Shown piece after piece: positions 1 through 7,918 of a DNA stretch of 40,626 nucleotides. This DNA comes from a virus. The stretch lies in the IMG/VR virus record IMGVR_UViG_2885676553_000001, positions 1 through 40,626 of that record; one strand, 5' to 3'. The notes under the pieces were generated by a model. The model had not been told where the DNA came from, did not search any database, and worked only from the letters and a program-made list of their open reading frames with translations. The number at the start of each line of letters is the position of its first letter. The stretch's first letter is position 1. The position numbers and the translations under genes are program-made.

Positions 1-76
1 AAAACACTGGAATGCCTTGATATCAGGCTTTCCAGTGTTCTAACGAAATCAATAAAGTTCTAAAAATGGAGGTGAG
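1..76 (+). repeat. Left copy of the 76-bp direct repeat (att core or assembly overlap of a circular genome)
   Basis: Positions 1-76 are identical to 40551-40626. The repeat contains the hairpin aacactggaa(3-12)/ttccagtgtt(30-39). The true repeat may be longer because the window ends inside it. Confidence 0.9.
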
Positions 77-119
77 GTCCACATAACCCCTGCGTCACTA
101 AAGGCGCTAGAGTAGCTTA

Positions 120-137
120 GTGTACCGGTCGTGTACG
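120..137 (+). promoter_or_regulatory. Putative integrase arm-type sites (GTGTACC N4 GTGTACG)
   Basis: Two heptamers phased 11 bp apart, 44-61 bp inside the left repeat. The same motif and phasing occur at 40498-40515. Confidence 0.5.
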
Positions 138-209
138 TACCAATTAGTCCCTATTATGGGGGCTTATTTTTTTGCAATCAAAAAGCCCACCGGATGGCAG
201 GCTGCGAGC

Positions 210-232
210 AAAAAAAATAAGCCCGAAGGCTT
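210..232 (-). terminator. Intrinsic terminator
   Basis: Minus-strand RNA reads AAGCC-UUCG-GGCUU followed by AUUUUUUUU. Confidence 0.7.
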
Positions 233-325
233 AAATGACGCTAATCTTTTTGACGTATAAATGCTGTTTATTCACAGTGACGTGCGGTTGCATCCGATTC
301 TGTCCCGAACCGTCCAGTACGTCAC

Positions 326-366
326 ATAAAAAGACCAGCGACTACCCTCATGGATAATCGCCGGTC
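326..366 (-). terminator. Intrinsic terminator downstream of the Abi gene
   Basis: Minus-strand 15-bp stem (GACCGGCGAUUAUCC/GGGUAGUCGCUGGUC, three G-U pairs) with loop AUGA, then UUUUUAU. The wobbles pair only on the minus strand. Confidence 0.8.
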
Positions 367-440
367 TCAAGCGCCCTCCGAGAAGGAACGCCGCTATTGT
401 ATCTATATGATATCATAGCAAGTCTCTGTGTCAATGAGTT

Positions 441-1409
441 CTACAAACATTCCTTCAATTTTTTGATTTTGTTAAACACGCTAGTGGACAAAACTAAATC
501 GAAGATGTCCTGTGAACCCACCGACTTCTGAAACTCAGTTACTGCTTCGGCATATTCCTTAATGAACCTAGAAATTTCCCGTTTAGGCATTCTGAGAGCT
601 CTTAAATAATAAACAAGGAGGGCTACATAGTCTGTTAGGGTTTCGAAAGTTATTTGACTGACACCCAGCTCGGATTCCAACTGGTGGGTAACTGTGTCTC
701 GGACCTTGTCCTTCTTGAACCGGCAATCAAATACAATATTATTATGCGCAATGGCATTCCTAAGGTCTTTCAGAAGAAAAACATGCCGCACAATAAAAGT
801 AGCATCCGTATCAATTGAGCCATCATAAACGCCAACGTTCTGGGACAGCTCAATACGTTTATTACCATTCATTACGTCCAAAAATGAGCCGAATTCCGCC
901 ATGCTGAAAAGCTCAAATATGGCCCAAATAGGAACACCTTCACCCTTATGCATGTAATGCTGAATCATCACTGAACTCCCATAGCGCTGAGCAATTAATT
1001 CATCAATTGTATTCTTAAGCCTGAGTCGATCGGTTATGCGCTCCTTATACTTCTTCTTGCTGGTCTCTTCCTTATACCGGTTAAGGCTGGTTTGGAAAAC
1101 CGCATCAATTGAAGGATCAATTCCATTGGACACAATAGCAATAGTACGGTTTTTGAGGGCGGTTTCTACCCGCATCATTCGAGGATAGAGAAGAGACTTA
1201 ACCGAGCTATCAAACTCATAGATTGCCTGGACTTGTCTAAACTCCGACAACTCCATCTTCTGGTTGTTGGAAGTCAATCGATAAGCTTTATATCCATGAT
1301 AATAGCCCATATCTAATAAGGCCCTCTTATCAGAGCTTCCGCCAACGTCTATGCTATGCTTATCGCGAATGTGGCGCATCAGAGCGTCAGTCGATTTTCC
1401 CTTTTTCAT
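441..1409 (-). CDS. Abi_2 family (AbiD/AbiF-like) HEPN abortive-infection protein
   Basis: 322-aa ORF with SD GGAGA before the ATG. The N-terminus (KSTDALMRHIRDKHSI...GYYHGYKAY) and the R-x4-H motif (LRNAIAHNN) match my memory of Pfam Abi_2. It has its own terminators on both sides. Confidence 0.75.
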   Translation of the reverse strand: MKKGKSTDALMRHIRDKHSIDVGGSSDKRALLDMGYYHGYKAYRLTSNNQKMELSEFRQVQAIYEFDSSVKSLLYPRMMRVETALKNRTIAIVSNGIDPSIDAVFQTSLNRYKEETSKKKYKERITDRLRLKNTIDELIAQRYGSSVMIQHYMHKGEGVPIWAIFELFSMAEFGSFLDVMNGNKRIELSQNVGVYDGSIDTDATFIVRHVFLLKDLRNAIAHNNIVFDCRFKKDKVRDTVTHQLESELGVSQITFETLTDYVALLVYYLRALRMPKREISRFIKEYAEAVTEFQKSVGSQDIFDLVLSTSVFNKIKKLKECL

Positions 1410-1479
1410 GAATTATCTCCAAGACAATGTATTTAGATTAAGTGTATTCCAAATCTCCGATTAAGTCATGATATCCGGC

Positions 1480-1518
1480 ATAAAAAATAAGCCCCACCCC
1501 GCGTTAGCAGAGTGAGGC
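1480..1518 (-). terminator. Intrinsic terminator after the endolysin
   Basis: Minus-strand stem GCCUCAC/GUGGGGC plus inner CUGC/GCGG pairs, followed by UUAUUUUUUAUG. Confidence 0.65.
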
Positions 1519-1589
1519 AATAATGAGCTTGATAGAGTTTTAATGAGCGTAGTAAAGTACGACGCTTTTTACTACGCAATTGCTACGCT

Positions 1590-2318
1590 TTACCGCTTAC
1601 GAGTCGTCCCGTAGGCGCCTTCCGACCCGTCAGTCGGGCAGTAGACGTCATGAGCGCCGTCCATGTGGTGCACCCACATGTGCCCGCCTACACGCTTTTT
1701 GGAGTCATAGGCGAAGGTCCCGTGCGGTGGCAGGTAACCAGCCGGGGTGTCCGCCGTGGACGCTGTGTTGTAGCGCATCATCACCGGGGTGTCACCATTG
1801 ATAAAGGTACCGTTCTCAGCGGTGAAGCCTTTCGGCACACGGAAGTGTATGCCAGATTGATCAGGCTTAGCAGCAGCCGCACCAGCCAGGCGATAGACGT
1901 AGAAGTAAGGTCCGCCGTTCATCTCCCAGCGCGCGTCGTGGTTCTGGATCGTCTCACCTAAGTCTTGCCATGCCGTGCATTCCAGCCAGCGCTGGCCATC
2001 GATACAGATGCCAGTGTGACCACCAGCACCAGCAGACTGACCCTTGCGACCCCAGATGACCACGTCGCCACGCTTCATCTGCCAGTCAGCGTTCTCGGCG
2101 ATCAGCTTGAACCCGTTGCTGATTAGCCAGCCGTGTAGCGTTTCAGTGCTGGCGATGTAGCCGAGGTTGCTTGCCCCGCCTTTACGCAAAGCCGTGTAGA
2201 CGGCCCCGGAGCAGTCACAGGTGCCGTCACTAAAGTTCCGGCTGCCGTACATTGAGTACTCCGTGTGCCCGATTTGGGCCTGCAAAAATGAGATGGCCTT
2301 CTCGATATTAATAGCCAT
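1590..2318 (-). CDS. Endolysin: Amidase_5/CHAP-like cysteine peptidoglycan hydrolase with a C-terminal wall-binding region
   Basis: SD AAGGAGG precedes the start. The N-terminus MAINIEKAISFLQAQIG..YSMYGSR...CDCSGAVYTALRKGG is typical of phage peptidoglycan hydrolases. The gene lies directly downstream of the holin. Confidence 0.85.
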   Translation of the reverse strand: MAINIEKAISFLQAQIGHTEYSMYGSRNFSDGTCDCSGAVYTALRKGGASNLGYIASTETLHGWLISNGFKLIAENADWQMKRGDVVIWGRKGQSAGAGGHTGICIDGQRWLECTAWQDLGETIQNHDARWEMNGGPYFYVYRLAGAAAAKPDQSGIHFRVPKGFTAENGTFINGDTPVMMRYNTASTADTPAGYLPPHGTFAYDSKKRVGGHMWVHHMDGAHDVYCPTDGSEGAYGTTRKR

Positions 2319-2678
2319 TTACTTGTCCTCCTTAGTGGTCGTTGGTTGGTCATCTGCTTTGTCATCTTTTAGTTCGTCGAGTTGTTCCTGTAAGGCCGCT
2401 AGCTTAGCCGCCTTGGTGGTAATGAGTGGTGGGTAAGCCAACGCTCGCTCACTGTCACCGATTCCTTGGGTCGTTGGGTCAACTGCTACCCCTAAGATAG
2501 TTAGTACTGCAAACACCGCGTTGATCACCCCGGTTAGCTGTTGCCCTAGGTTAGCGAAGTCCCAATTGTACCCGAAGACTGCTAATACCGCTTGACCAAC
2601 CAATAAAGCAGCTGGCACTAAGGCCAGCCAGAACTTGACACTCAATAAGCGCACTTTCCAGTTAATATTCATCATCAT
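2319..2678 (-). CDS. Holin
   Basis: 119 aa with predicted TM helices (WLALVPAALLVGQAVLAVF, VINAVFAVLTILGVAV) and a charged C-tail. It sits immediately upstream of the endolysin. The true start may be the 2nd or 3rd ATG. Confidence 0.75.
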   Translation of the reverse strand: MMMNINWKVRLLSVKFWLALVPAALLVGQAVLAVFGYNWDFANLGQQLTGVINAVFAVLTILGVAVDPTTQGIGDSERALAYPPLITTKAAKLAALQEQLDELKDDKADDQPTTTKEDK

Positions 2679-2955
2679 TATCTCCTTTGATGCCTACATG
2701 GTCTTCCAATCGAGTAAGCCTAGTTGAATGGCTCCCCAGTTCCTGACTATGAACCTTTTGCGTATTCAGAATGTCATCAATTACTTTCTCCTCATTCTGG
2801 AACCTTTGGTCAAACTTAAAGCCCAAATCTTTAATATCTTCTCGCAGCGGATCCAGTGCAATCCTTTTGAATATCCAACTACACAGGCTAACCAGTGTAG
2901 CGATTAAAGTTGCAAGCCCTACCCAATCGCCAATTCCATAACCTAAAAAATTCAC
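2662..2955 (-). CDS. Lysis-cassette membrane protein (N-terminal TM plus coiled coil)
   Basis: 97 aa with a GTG start after GGAAGGAAG. TM segment WVGLATLIATLVSLCSWIF. Its stop overlaps the holin start. Confidence 0.5.
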   Translation of the reverse strand: MNFLGYGIGDWVGLATLIATLVSLCSWIFKRIALDPLREDIKDLGFKFDQRFQNEEKVIDDILNTQKVHSQELGSHSTRLTRLEDHVGIKGDNDDEY

Positions 2956-2985
2956 ATCATTTCACTTCCTTCCACAAAAATACCG

Positions 2986-3117
2986 CTAGGCATTTGCCCC
3001 AGCGGCGTAGTCATTACCAGTAATTTGTTTATACTCATCAGACGTGATTGCTCCAGATTCTACATAGCCCTCTATCGGGCAGCCCCACGCGTACATCTGT
3101 TTTACAAAGTCCCGCAT
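2986..3117 (-). CDS. XkdX-like small protein
   Basis: 43-aa ORF below the track cutoff: MRDFVKQMYAWGCPIEGYVESGAITSDEYKQITGNDYAAGANA. ATGA overlap with the upstream gene. The ...G.IT.(E/D)EYK.ITG motif resembles the XkdX family. Confidence 0.55.
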   Translation of the reverse strand: MRDFVKQMYAWGCPIEGYVESGAITSDEYKQITGNDYAAGANA

Positions 3118-3464
3118 CAGCTCTCGCCCCCTAACTTTTCTGTGAGCGCGGTGACTTGTGCCGCCAATTGTGCGTTTTGCAAGCCCAGTGCGTTGATCAT
3201 CTGTTGCTCAGGAGTGGGAATCACCTTGTTAGCTTCGGCTTCGAGTTCTGCTTGCTTAGAGGTGTCCAACACAAGCTGACCATCTATAAGCTTAGTGGCG
3301 CTGAGTGAAATACCATTCAAGTCTGATTGAGACACCTCGATAGCATTCGTGGTATCAAATGGCGTTTGCCACGCTTTACCGTCGTAGAACTCTTGCTGAT
3401 AGCCAATGATATAGCCATCAGCGTCGATGCTGAACAGCACCTCGATTTTATCTTTGGTTTCCAT
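3117..3464 (-). CDS. Hypothetical tail-fibre-associated protein
   Basis: 115 aa with SD AGGAGGG. Positioned between the Tal/RBP and the XkdX-like ORF. Confidence 0.5.
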   Translation of the reverse strand: METKDKIEVLFSIDADGYIIGYQQEFYDGKAWQTPFDTTNAIEVSQSDLNGISLSATKLIDGQLVLDTSKQAELEAEANKVIPTPEQQMINALGLQNAQLAAQVTALTEKLGGES

Positions 3465-3473
3465 TTTGCCCTC

Positions 3474-6395
3474 CTATACTGCAAATACCCTGCTCATGAT
3501 TGCATGAGGCGCCTGAGTGCCTGCGTTATTAGCTGCTACACCAGTAATCTGAGTGTTAGTCACAATCAGTTGCTTAAAAAATGTGCCAACCCCTGGCATA
3601 GATAGCTGCATCATTAAATCCCTACCTGTGTGGTATTCCGGCCAAATATTAGGCACCAGTGTGTAGTTGTAGTGGCTATCTTGTCTACCGGAATTAAAAT
3701 ATTGCCATTCAACTAGCCATCCCGAGAAAGTCTGGTCTAGATTGATTGACATTGTGGCTACATCACCTGCTTGGGGATAAATTGTTCCCTGCCAAGCTAA
3801 GGTACCGCTTCGCATCATCGCCAAAAGCTGAGATGCTGTTAGCGTTCCGGTTACCCAAGCGGCACTATTACCAGTAGGATTATATACTGCGCCAAGTGAC
3901 ATCATGCCTTGTCCAACATTGATTTCTGCCAGCTTTTGACCATTGGAAAAACCTCTGGCAATTAAGCTAGTTTGATTTAGCTCGGTATGTGAAACCTGTA
4001 CGTTAGCGTCATTATAAGCATCGGTAATCAATGCCCCGCTTGCTAAGGTCGAAGTCCCATGCATTTTATAAGCAAAACCGTCCGGCTGAACATTGGCAAA
4101 TGTGCTATTGAACGTAGACCCATTGAAGAAAACACCTGTAAAAGTTAGCCCATTGAACGTTGCGGCATTGATTGCAGAAGCTGAAATTTGTTGCTCAACC
4201 CATGCCGTGCCATTTGACTTGTAAAATTTGATTGCCACACCCGCAGAGTTCGTCAACCAGAATTGACTATTGGCAGGTGCAACAGTGGTTGGCAATGCAG
4301 TGCCACTAGCATAACTGGTAATGTCATTACCAGCAGGCCCTTGAGGCCCTTGCAACCCTTGAGCGCCTTGAGGTCCCTGTGGCCCTTGTGGTCCTTGTGC
4401 GCCAGTATCACCTTTGATTTGTGACCAGAGATAGGATGTCGGGTCTAAACTATCGGCTTGTGTATAGTCAGTGTAGGTTCCCATGTAGATAGGATGTGCT
4501 TCTGATGGTGCTGGTGACCATGGGGTAGCTACACTGCCTTGTTCCAGCTTAAGATGACTTACCGTCCCAGTCCCAGAGCCAGGAAATTCAATATATCCCA
4601 TGCTTTCCTTGATACCCGTTATATTTTTTGGTACCACAAATGTTGCGGACATTCTTCCTGAACCCGAATCATTAGTAGGATAGTACCATGGGCCAACATA
4701 TGGTAAGGTATCGCCTAATATATGTGCTTCCCACCCTAGACGGTCAGTATACGCTGTTGTGCCTCCAGCAACGAACCCTGAGTATTCATAATCAACTGAT
4801 ACAGTTACAGTTTGACCTTCTAGTCCTTTAAATAAGTTTAGCAGGTCATCAGTAGTTTCATTTGATAAGTAGCCTTGAACCATTGCTCCTGTACCTGTAA
4901 CAGTATGACGCCCAGTACCAGTTAATAGATTAGTGCCGCCACCAACATAAAACCCACTCTTACCATCACTACTGTCGGCGTACGCAATGTGGAAGTAAGG
5001 TGTTCTGCCATCAGCACCCTTTGCACCCGGAATACCGTCAGCGCCATCGTTGCCCTTAACCAATACCCACTTGCCGGCATAATCAGCCGGATCATCACTA
5101 GGAACTGATGTCTTGTTTGACCAAACAACCGCCATATACTTTTTGCCAGCAGGCAAAGCGCTCATGTTTGTTCCTTGATCGTCATCAGCGTAGCGAACCC
5201 ATGGATAGTATTGGATCGTCTTAGAGATATCCTTTAGCCTTTGAGCCAGATCTTGATACTGCTTAGCCACCTGACTCGTTTCAAGCAAATAGTCGCCAAC
5301 AACCATTGTGCTGTTTGAAGGATTGCTATAGCACTTGTCTAATTCCAATACACGTGCGGATAAATAGAGTTGCCTATCTTCTTGCTCGATCTGAACGGTA
5401 TCGCCGCAGTGAATATTTTGCGGCATCTTTGCCAGCTCGATTGTGTAGTTGACTGCCGGATGATTATTTTTCTTCAAATCTGCTAAAGCAGACTGCAATA
5501 ATGAGGCTTGTGTTTTCGCTTCATAGTCAATGACGTGGTTAAGATAACTGCCATAAATCGTCGCAGTGCTGTTCTGGCGTAAGCGCGAGTATACTCGGTT
5601 GCTAACGGTGTCCAGCAAGAATCCTTCTTTAGTAAGCACGAATTGCCCTGTTGGGTCTGTGTAGCTATAGCCAACTAAATTGATAGGTGTGTTACTTCCG
5701 TCTGGTGTAGCACCTCTAGCATAGATGGCTGTCATCAAGTTGGTGCTATCACTGTCAACTGTGATTCGGTTGATTTCGTCGCCAACGCGAAGCGTGACGC
5801 CACGGTCAGCTCCACGTTTCTTGACTACATTCAGATAGCACTTCACCATTGTTGTTCCAACGATGCTAAAACTGAAGTAAGTTTCTACTCCAAACTGAGT
5901 AGCAACAGAGTTCATTCGGTCATAGCTGGTTTCTTCACTGTCAAAAGTGAGTGTCCGCACATCGGTGGGGATCTCATTGACGCCAATATCCCAGCCACTG
6001 TCGTCAGTAAAAAGGTTGAAATACTGCTCAAATGTCATCTGTTTGGTAGCTGTATAAGCACCCAAAATTTCATTTTTTAGATCATTACCGGCATCGGTGC
6101 CTTCAAAAGCAATGCTGTATCCAGTGCCATCAGCATGTGATGCCGTAATGGTGATCATTCTGCCATTGCCATCATCGTCCATATAAAGCATGTAGTTTAA
6201 ATCTCGGCACATCGTTTCTGCTTTGGAGAGTTGCTTTTTAGGAAAGTATAGTGTCCCAGTAAAAGCAACCATAGCAACATCAACGTTGGTACGTTCAATT
6301 TCACCGCTAATTTTGAAATCATTTGTGTTATTGCTACCAGCAGTTGCAATTCCAAGCAAATTGTATGATCTATCAACAAAGTAAAAATCTTTCAC
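3474..6395 (-). CDS. Tail-associated (Tal) / receptor-binding minor structural protein with collagen-like segments
   Basis: About 973 aa, located after Dit. Likely GTG start at 6395 (AGGAGG plus 7 nt, GTGA overlap with the Dit stop). Contains G-X-Y runs (GNDGADGIPGAKGADG; GDTGAQGPQGPQGPQGAQGLQGPQGPAG). Confidence 0.8.
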   Translation of the reverse strand: MKDFYFVDRSYNLLGIATAGSNNTNDFKISGEIERTNVDVAMVAFTGTLYFPKKQLSKAETMCRDLNYMLYMDDDGNGRMITITASHADGTGYSIAFEGTDAGNDLKNEILGAYTATKQMTFEQYFNLFTDDSGWDIGVNEIPTDVRTLTFDSEETSYDRMNSVATQFGVETYFSFSIVGTTMVKCYLNVVKKRGADRGVTLRVGDEINRITVDSDSTNLMTAIYARGATPDGSNTPINLVGYSYTDPTGQFVLTKEGFLLDTVSNRVYSRLRQNSTATIYGSYLNHVIDYEAKTQASLLQSALADLKKNNHPAVNYTIELAKMPQNIHCGDTVQIEQEDRQLYLSARVLELDKCYSNPSNSTMVVGDYLLETSQVAKQYQDLAQRLKDISKTIQYYPWVRYADDDQGTNMSALPAGKKYMAVVWSNKTSVPSDDPADYAGKWVLVKGNDGADGIPGAKGADGRTPYFHIAYADSSDGKSGFYVGGGTNLLTGTGRHTVTGTGAMVQGYLSNETTDDLLNLFKGLEGQTVTVSVDYEYSGFVAGGTTAYTDRLGWEAHILGDTLPYVGPWYYPTNDSGSGRMSATFVVPKNITGIKESMGYIEFPGSGTGTVSHLKLEQGSVATPWSPAPSEAHPIYMGTYTDYTQADSLDPTSYLWSQIKGDTGAQGPQGPQGPQGAQGLQGPQGPAGNDITSYASGTALPTTVAPANSQFWLTNSAGVAIKFYKSNGTAWVEQQISASAINAATFNGLTFTGVFFNGSTFNSTFANVQPDGFAYKMHGTSTLASGALITDAYNDANVQVSHTELNQTSLIARGFSNGQKLAEINVGQGMMSLGAVYNPTGNSAAWVTGTLTASQLLAMMRSGTLAWQGTIYPQAGDVATMSINLDQTFSGWLVEWQYFNSGRQDSHYNYTLVPNIWPEYHTGRDLMMQLSMPGVGTFFKQLIVTNTQITGVAANNAGTQAPHAIMSRVFAV
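4327..4414 (-). repeat. In-frame collagen-like triplet repeat (G-X-Y, GPQ-rich)
   Basis: The 9-bp periodic cccttg/ggccc units seen in the DNA translate to GAQGPQGPQGPQGAQGLQGPQGPAG. Confidence 0.8.
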
Positions 6396-7918
6396 AGCCA
6401 CGCCTCCTGCCAAGATACTTCAGCCGTACACTGTTTTGCCCAGCTTGAAGTAAGCAGCTTGATTGTGTTACTTCCTGGCTGAACTTTGAACTCGTCCCAG
6501 TTGTTGCCGATTGTTTGTAACGTTGGGTCTTCTGCATCATTTACAAAGACACGTCGATTAGGAACATCAACTTGTACAACATCTCCATCTTTGAAGCGAT
6601 TAGGCAAGTCTTTCCAGTAGTTGACATTAACCCATTGAAAAACACTGTCAGACCAGTTAATCGTCCACCCCGTCGTGTTGCTGAATCCAGCCATCCAAAC
6701 AGTGAATGAATCAATTGGCGTGTCTGCCATTCCGTCAATAGTGACTGGTGGAAATACGGTTTGAGCAGACGAAACAATGCCAGAAGCAGTAAGTTGTTTG
6801 ACTTTAGTTAGCCTGAACGTCGTGGTATTACCTAATTTAGATTCGACTATCTCATACATACCATTGGTAAAGAGTGCTCGATTAAGATTTTGCTTGAACA
6901 CATTATTGCCATTTACCCACCCTTCAACGATCAACGTATCGGCGGCATAGGTGTTATCACGCATCACAAAACAAATCGCGATGTTATTACCAGATTGTAA
7001 GTTGAATTCAACTCGCCCTAGTGCGCCTACATTGGTTATAACGTTGAACCGATTTGACCAGATTAAGTTGCCCGTATTCACACCAGCCGCATTAGCTTTG
7101 ATTGAGCCATGATAAGTTGGACCCGCCCAGTGCATTGCCACTGTGCGATTCAATATCGGTGTTGCAGCATCTTTTGCCTTCGCATAGTCCCAACTGCCCG
7201 CAATCGTGTTAGGACCGGGACTTGATCCATAAGGATATGTCGGGTAATTGATTGTCCCAGTATTAACAGCTACACCACTCGGCGCTGACATCAGATTGTA
7301 GTGAAACACAGTTTCCGAATCTGGAGCTTGAACCCCATCAACTTCCCCCGGATTGCCAAACTGTAGAATAGCGCCATTGTTCTCATTGATTAAAGTAAGC
7401 ACCCCGTTGTCACCACGCATCGTCGCGTCAATGACGGGGTAGACGGGATAAGTGCCATCGTTTTGAACGGCAATTTCATCGGTCAAAGTGCCATTATCGC
7501 CCATGTTGTCAGCCGTCTGCGTGGCTACCGAGTGCGCAATGCCACCATCTGGACAGATAAAGGTGATAGAGATTGTCCCTGATCGGAAGCCTTCGGTGAA
7601 GGTAGGTTGACTGTCTACGATGGCAAGGTAATATTTATCAGGCTCGTCCCCAAAAATTAGTTGCTGTGGTTCGTCCGTATCAATAGCGGCGGCTAAGGAA
7701 CGCCTTAGTGGTACCAAATCATCATTCATGACGATTCCAGTTACCACAATCGTCTTGACGTCACGTGACATGTACTGCCACATCTGACCATCGCTTACCC
7801 CAACTTTTTGCATTGTGCTGGCGTGCTTAGTCCCTATGTCACGTTGTACCATCTGCACATACATCCATTGGGTAATATATACCCCGGCGTATGCAATTTG
7901 CATACCTGCTTGTTTCAA
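6392..7918 (-). CDS. Distal tail protein (Dit), extended form
   Basis: 508 aa, directly after the tape measure. TTG start 10 nt after AAGGAGG. Its length suggests inserted carbohydrate-binding modules, as in evolved Dit proteins of Lactobacillus phages. Confidence 0.7.
   Translation of the reverse strand: MKQAGMQIAYAGVYITQWMYVQMVQRDIGTKHASTMQKVGVSDGQMWQYMSRDVKTIVVTGIVMNDDLVPLRRSLAAAIDTDEPQQLIFGDEPDKYYLAIVDSQPTFTEGFRSGTISITFICPDGGIAHSVATQTADNMGDNGTLTDEIAVQNDGTYPVYPVIDATMRGDNGVLTLINENNGAILQFGNPGEVDGVQAPDSETVFHYNLMSAPSGVAVNTGTINYPTYPYGSSPGPNTIAGSWDYAKAKDAATPILNRTVAMHWAGPTYHGSIKANAAGVNTGNLIWSNRFNVITNVGALGRVEFNLQSGNNIAICFVMRDNTYAADTLIVEGWVNGNNVFKQNLNRALFTNGMYEIVESKLGNTTTFRLTKVKQLTASGIVSSAQTVFPPVTIDGMADTPIDSFTVWMAGFSNTTGWTINWSDSVFQWVNVNYWKDLPNRFKDGDVVQVDVPNRRVFVNDAEDPTLQTIGNNWDEFKVQPGSNTIKLLTSSWAKQCTAEVSWQEAWL

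Noticed and set aside
1-76. att core corresponding to a tRNA or tmRNA 3' end
   Set aside because: No cloverleaf or T-arm signature is present. The repeat holds only a simple 10-bp hairpin and AT-rich flanks, consistent with an intergenic or terminator target.
1580-1961. Plus-strand ORFs of 73 and 103 aa antisense to the endolysin
   Set aside because: They are shadow ORFs of a GC-rich coding region. They lack an SD, translate to Arg/Pro/His-rich sequence, and are fully overlapped by the well-supported endolysin.
4327-4414. Tandem repeat array as a CRISPR or other non-coding repeat
   Set aside because: The 9-bp periodicity is in frame and encodes a collagen-like G-X-Y tract inside a long ORF. 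There are no spacers.
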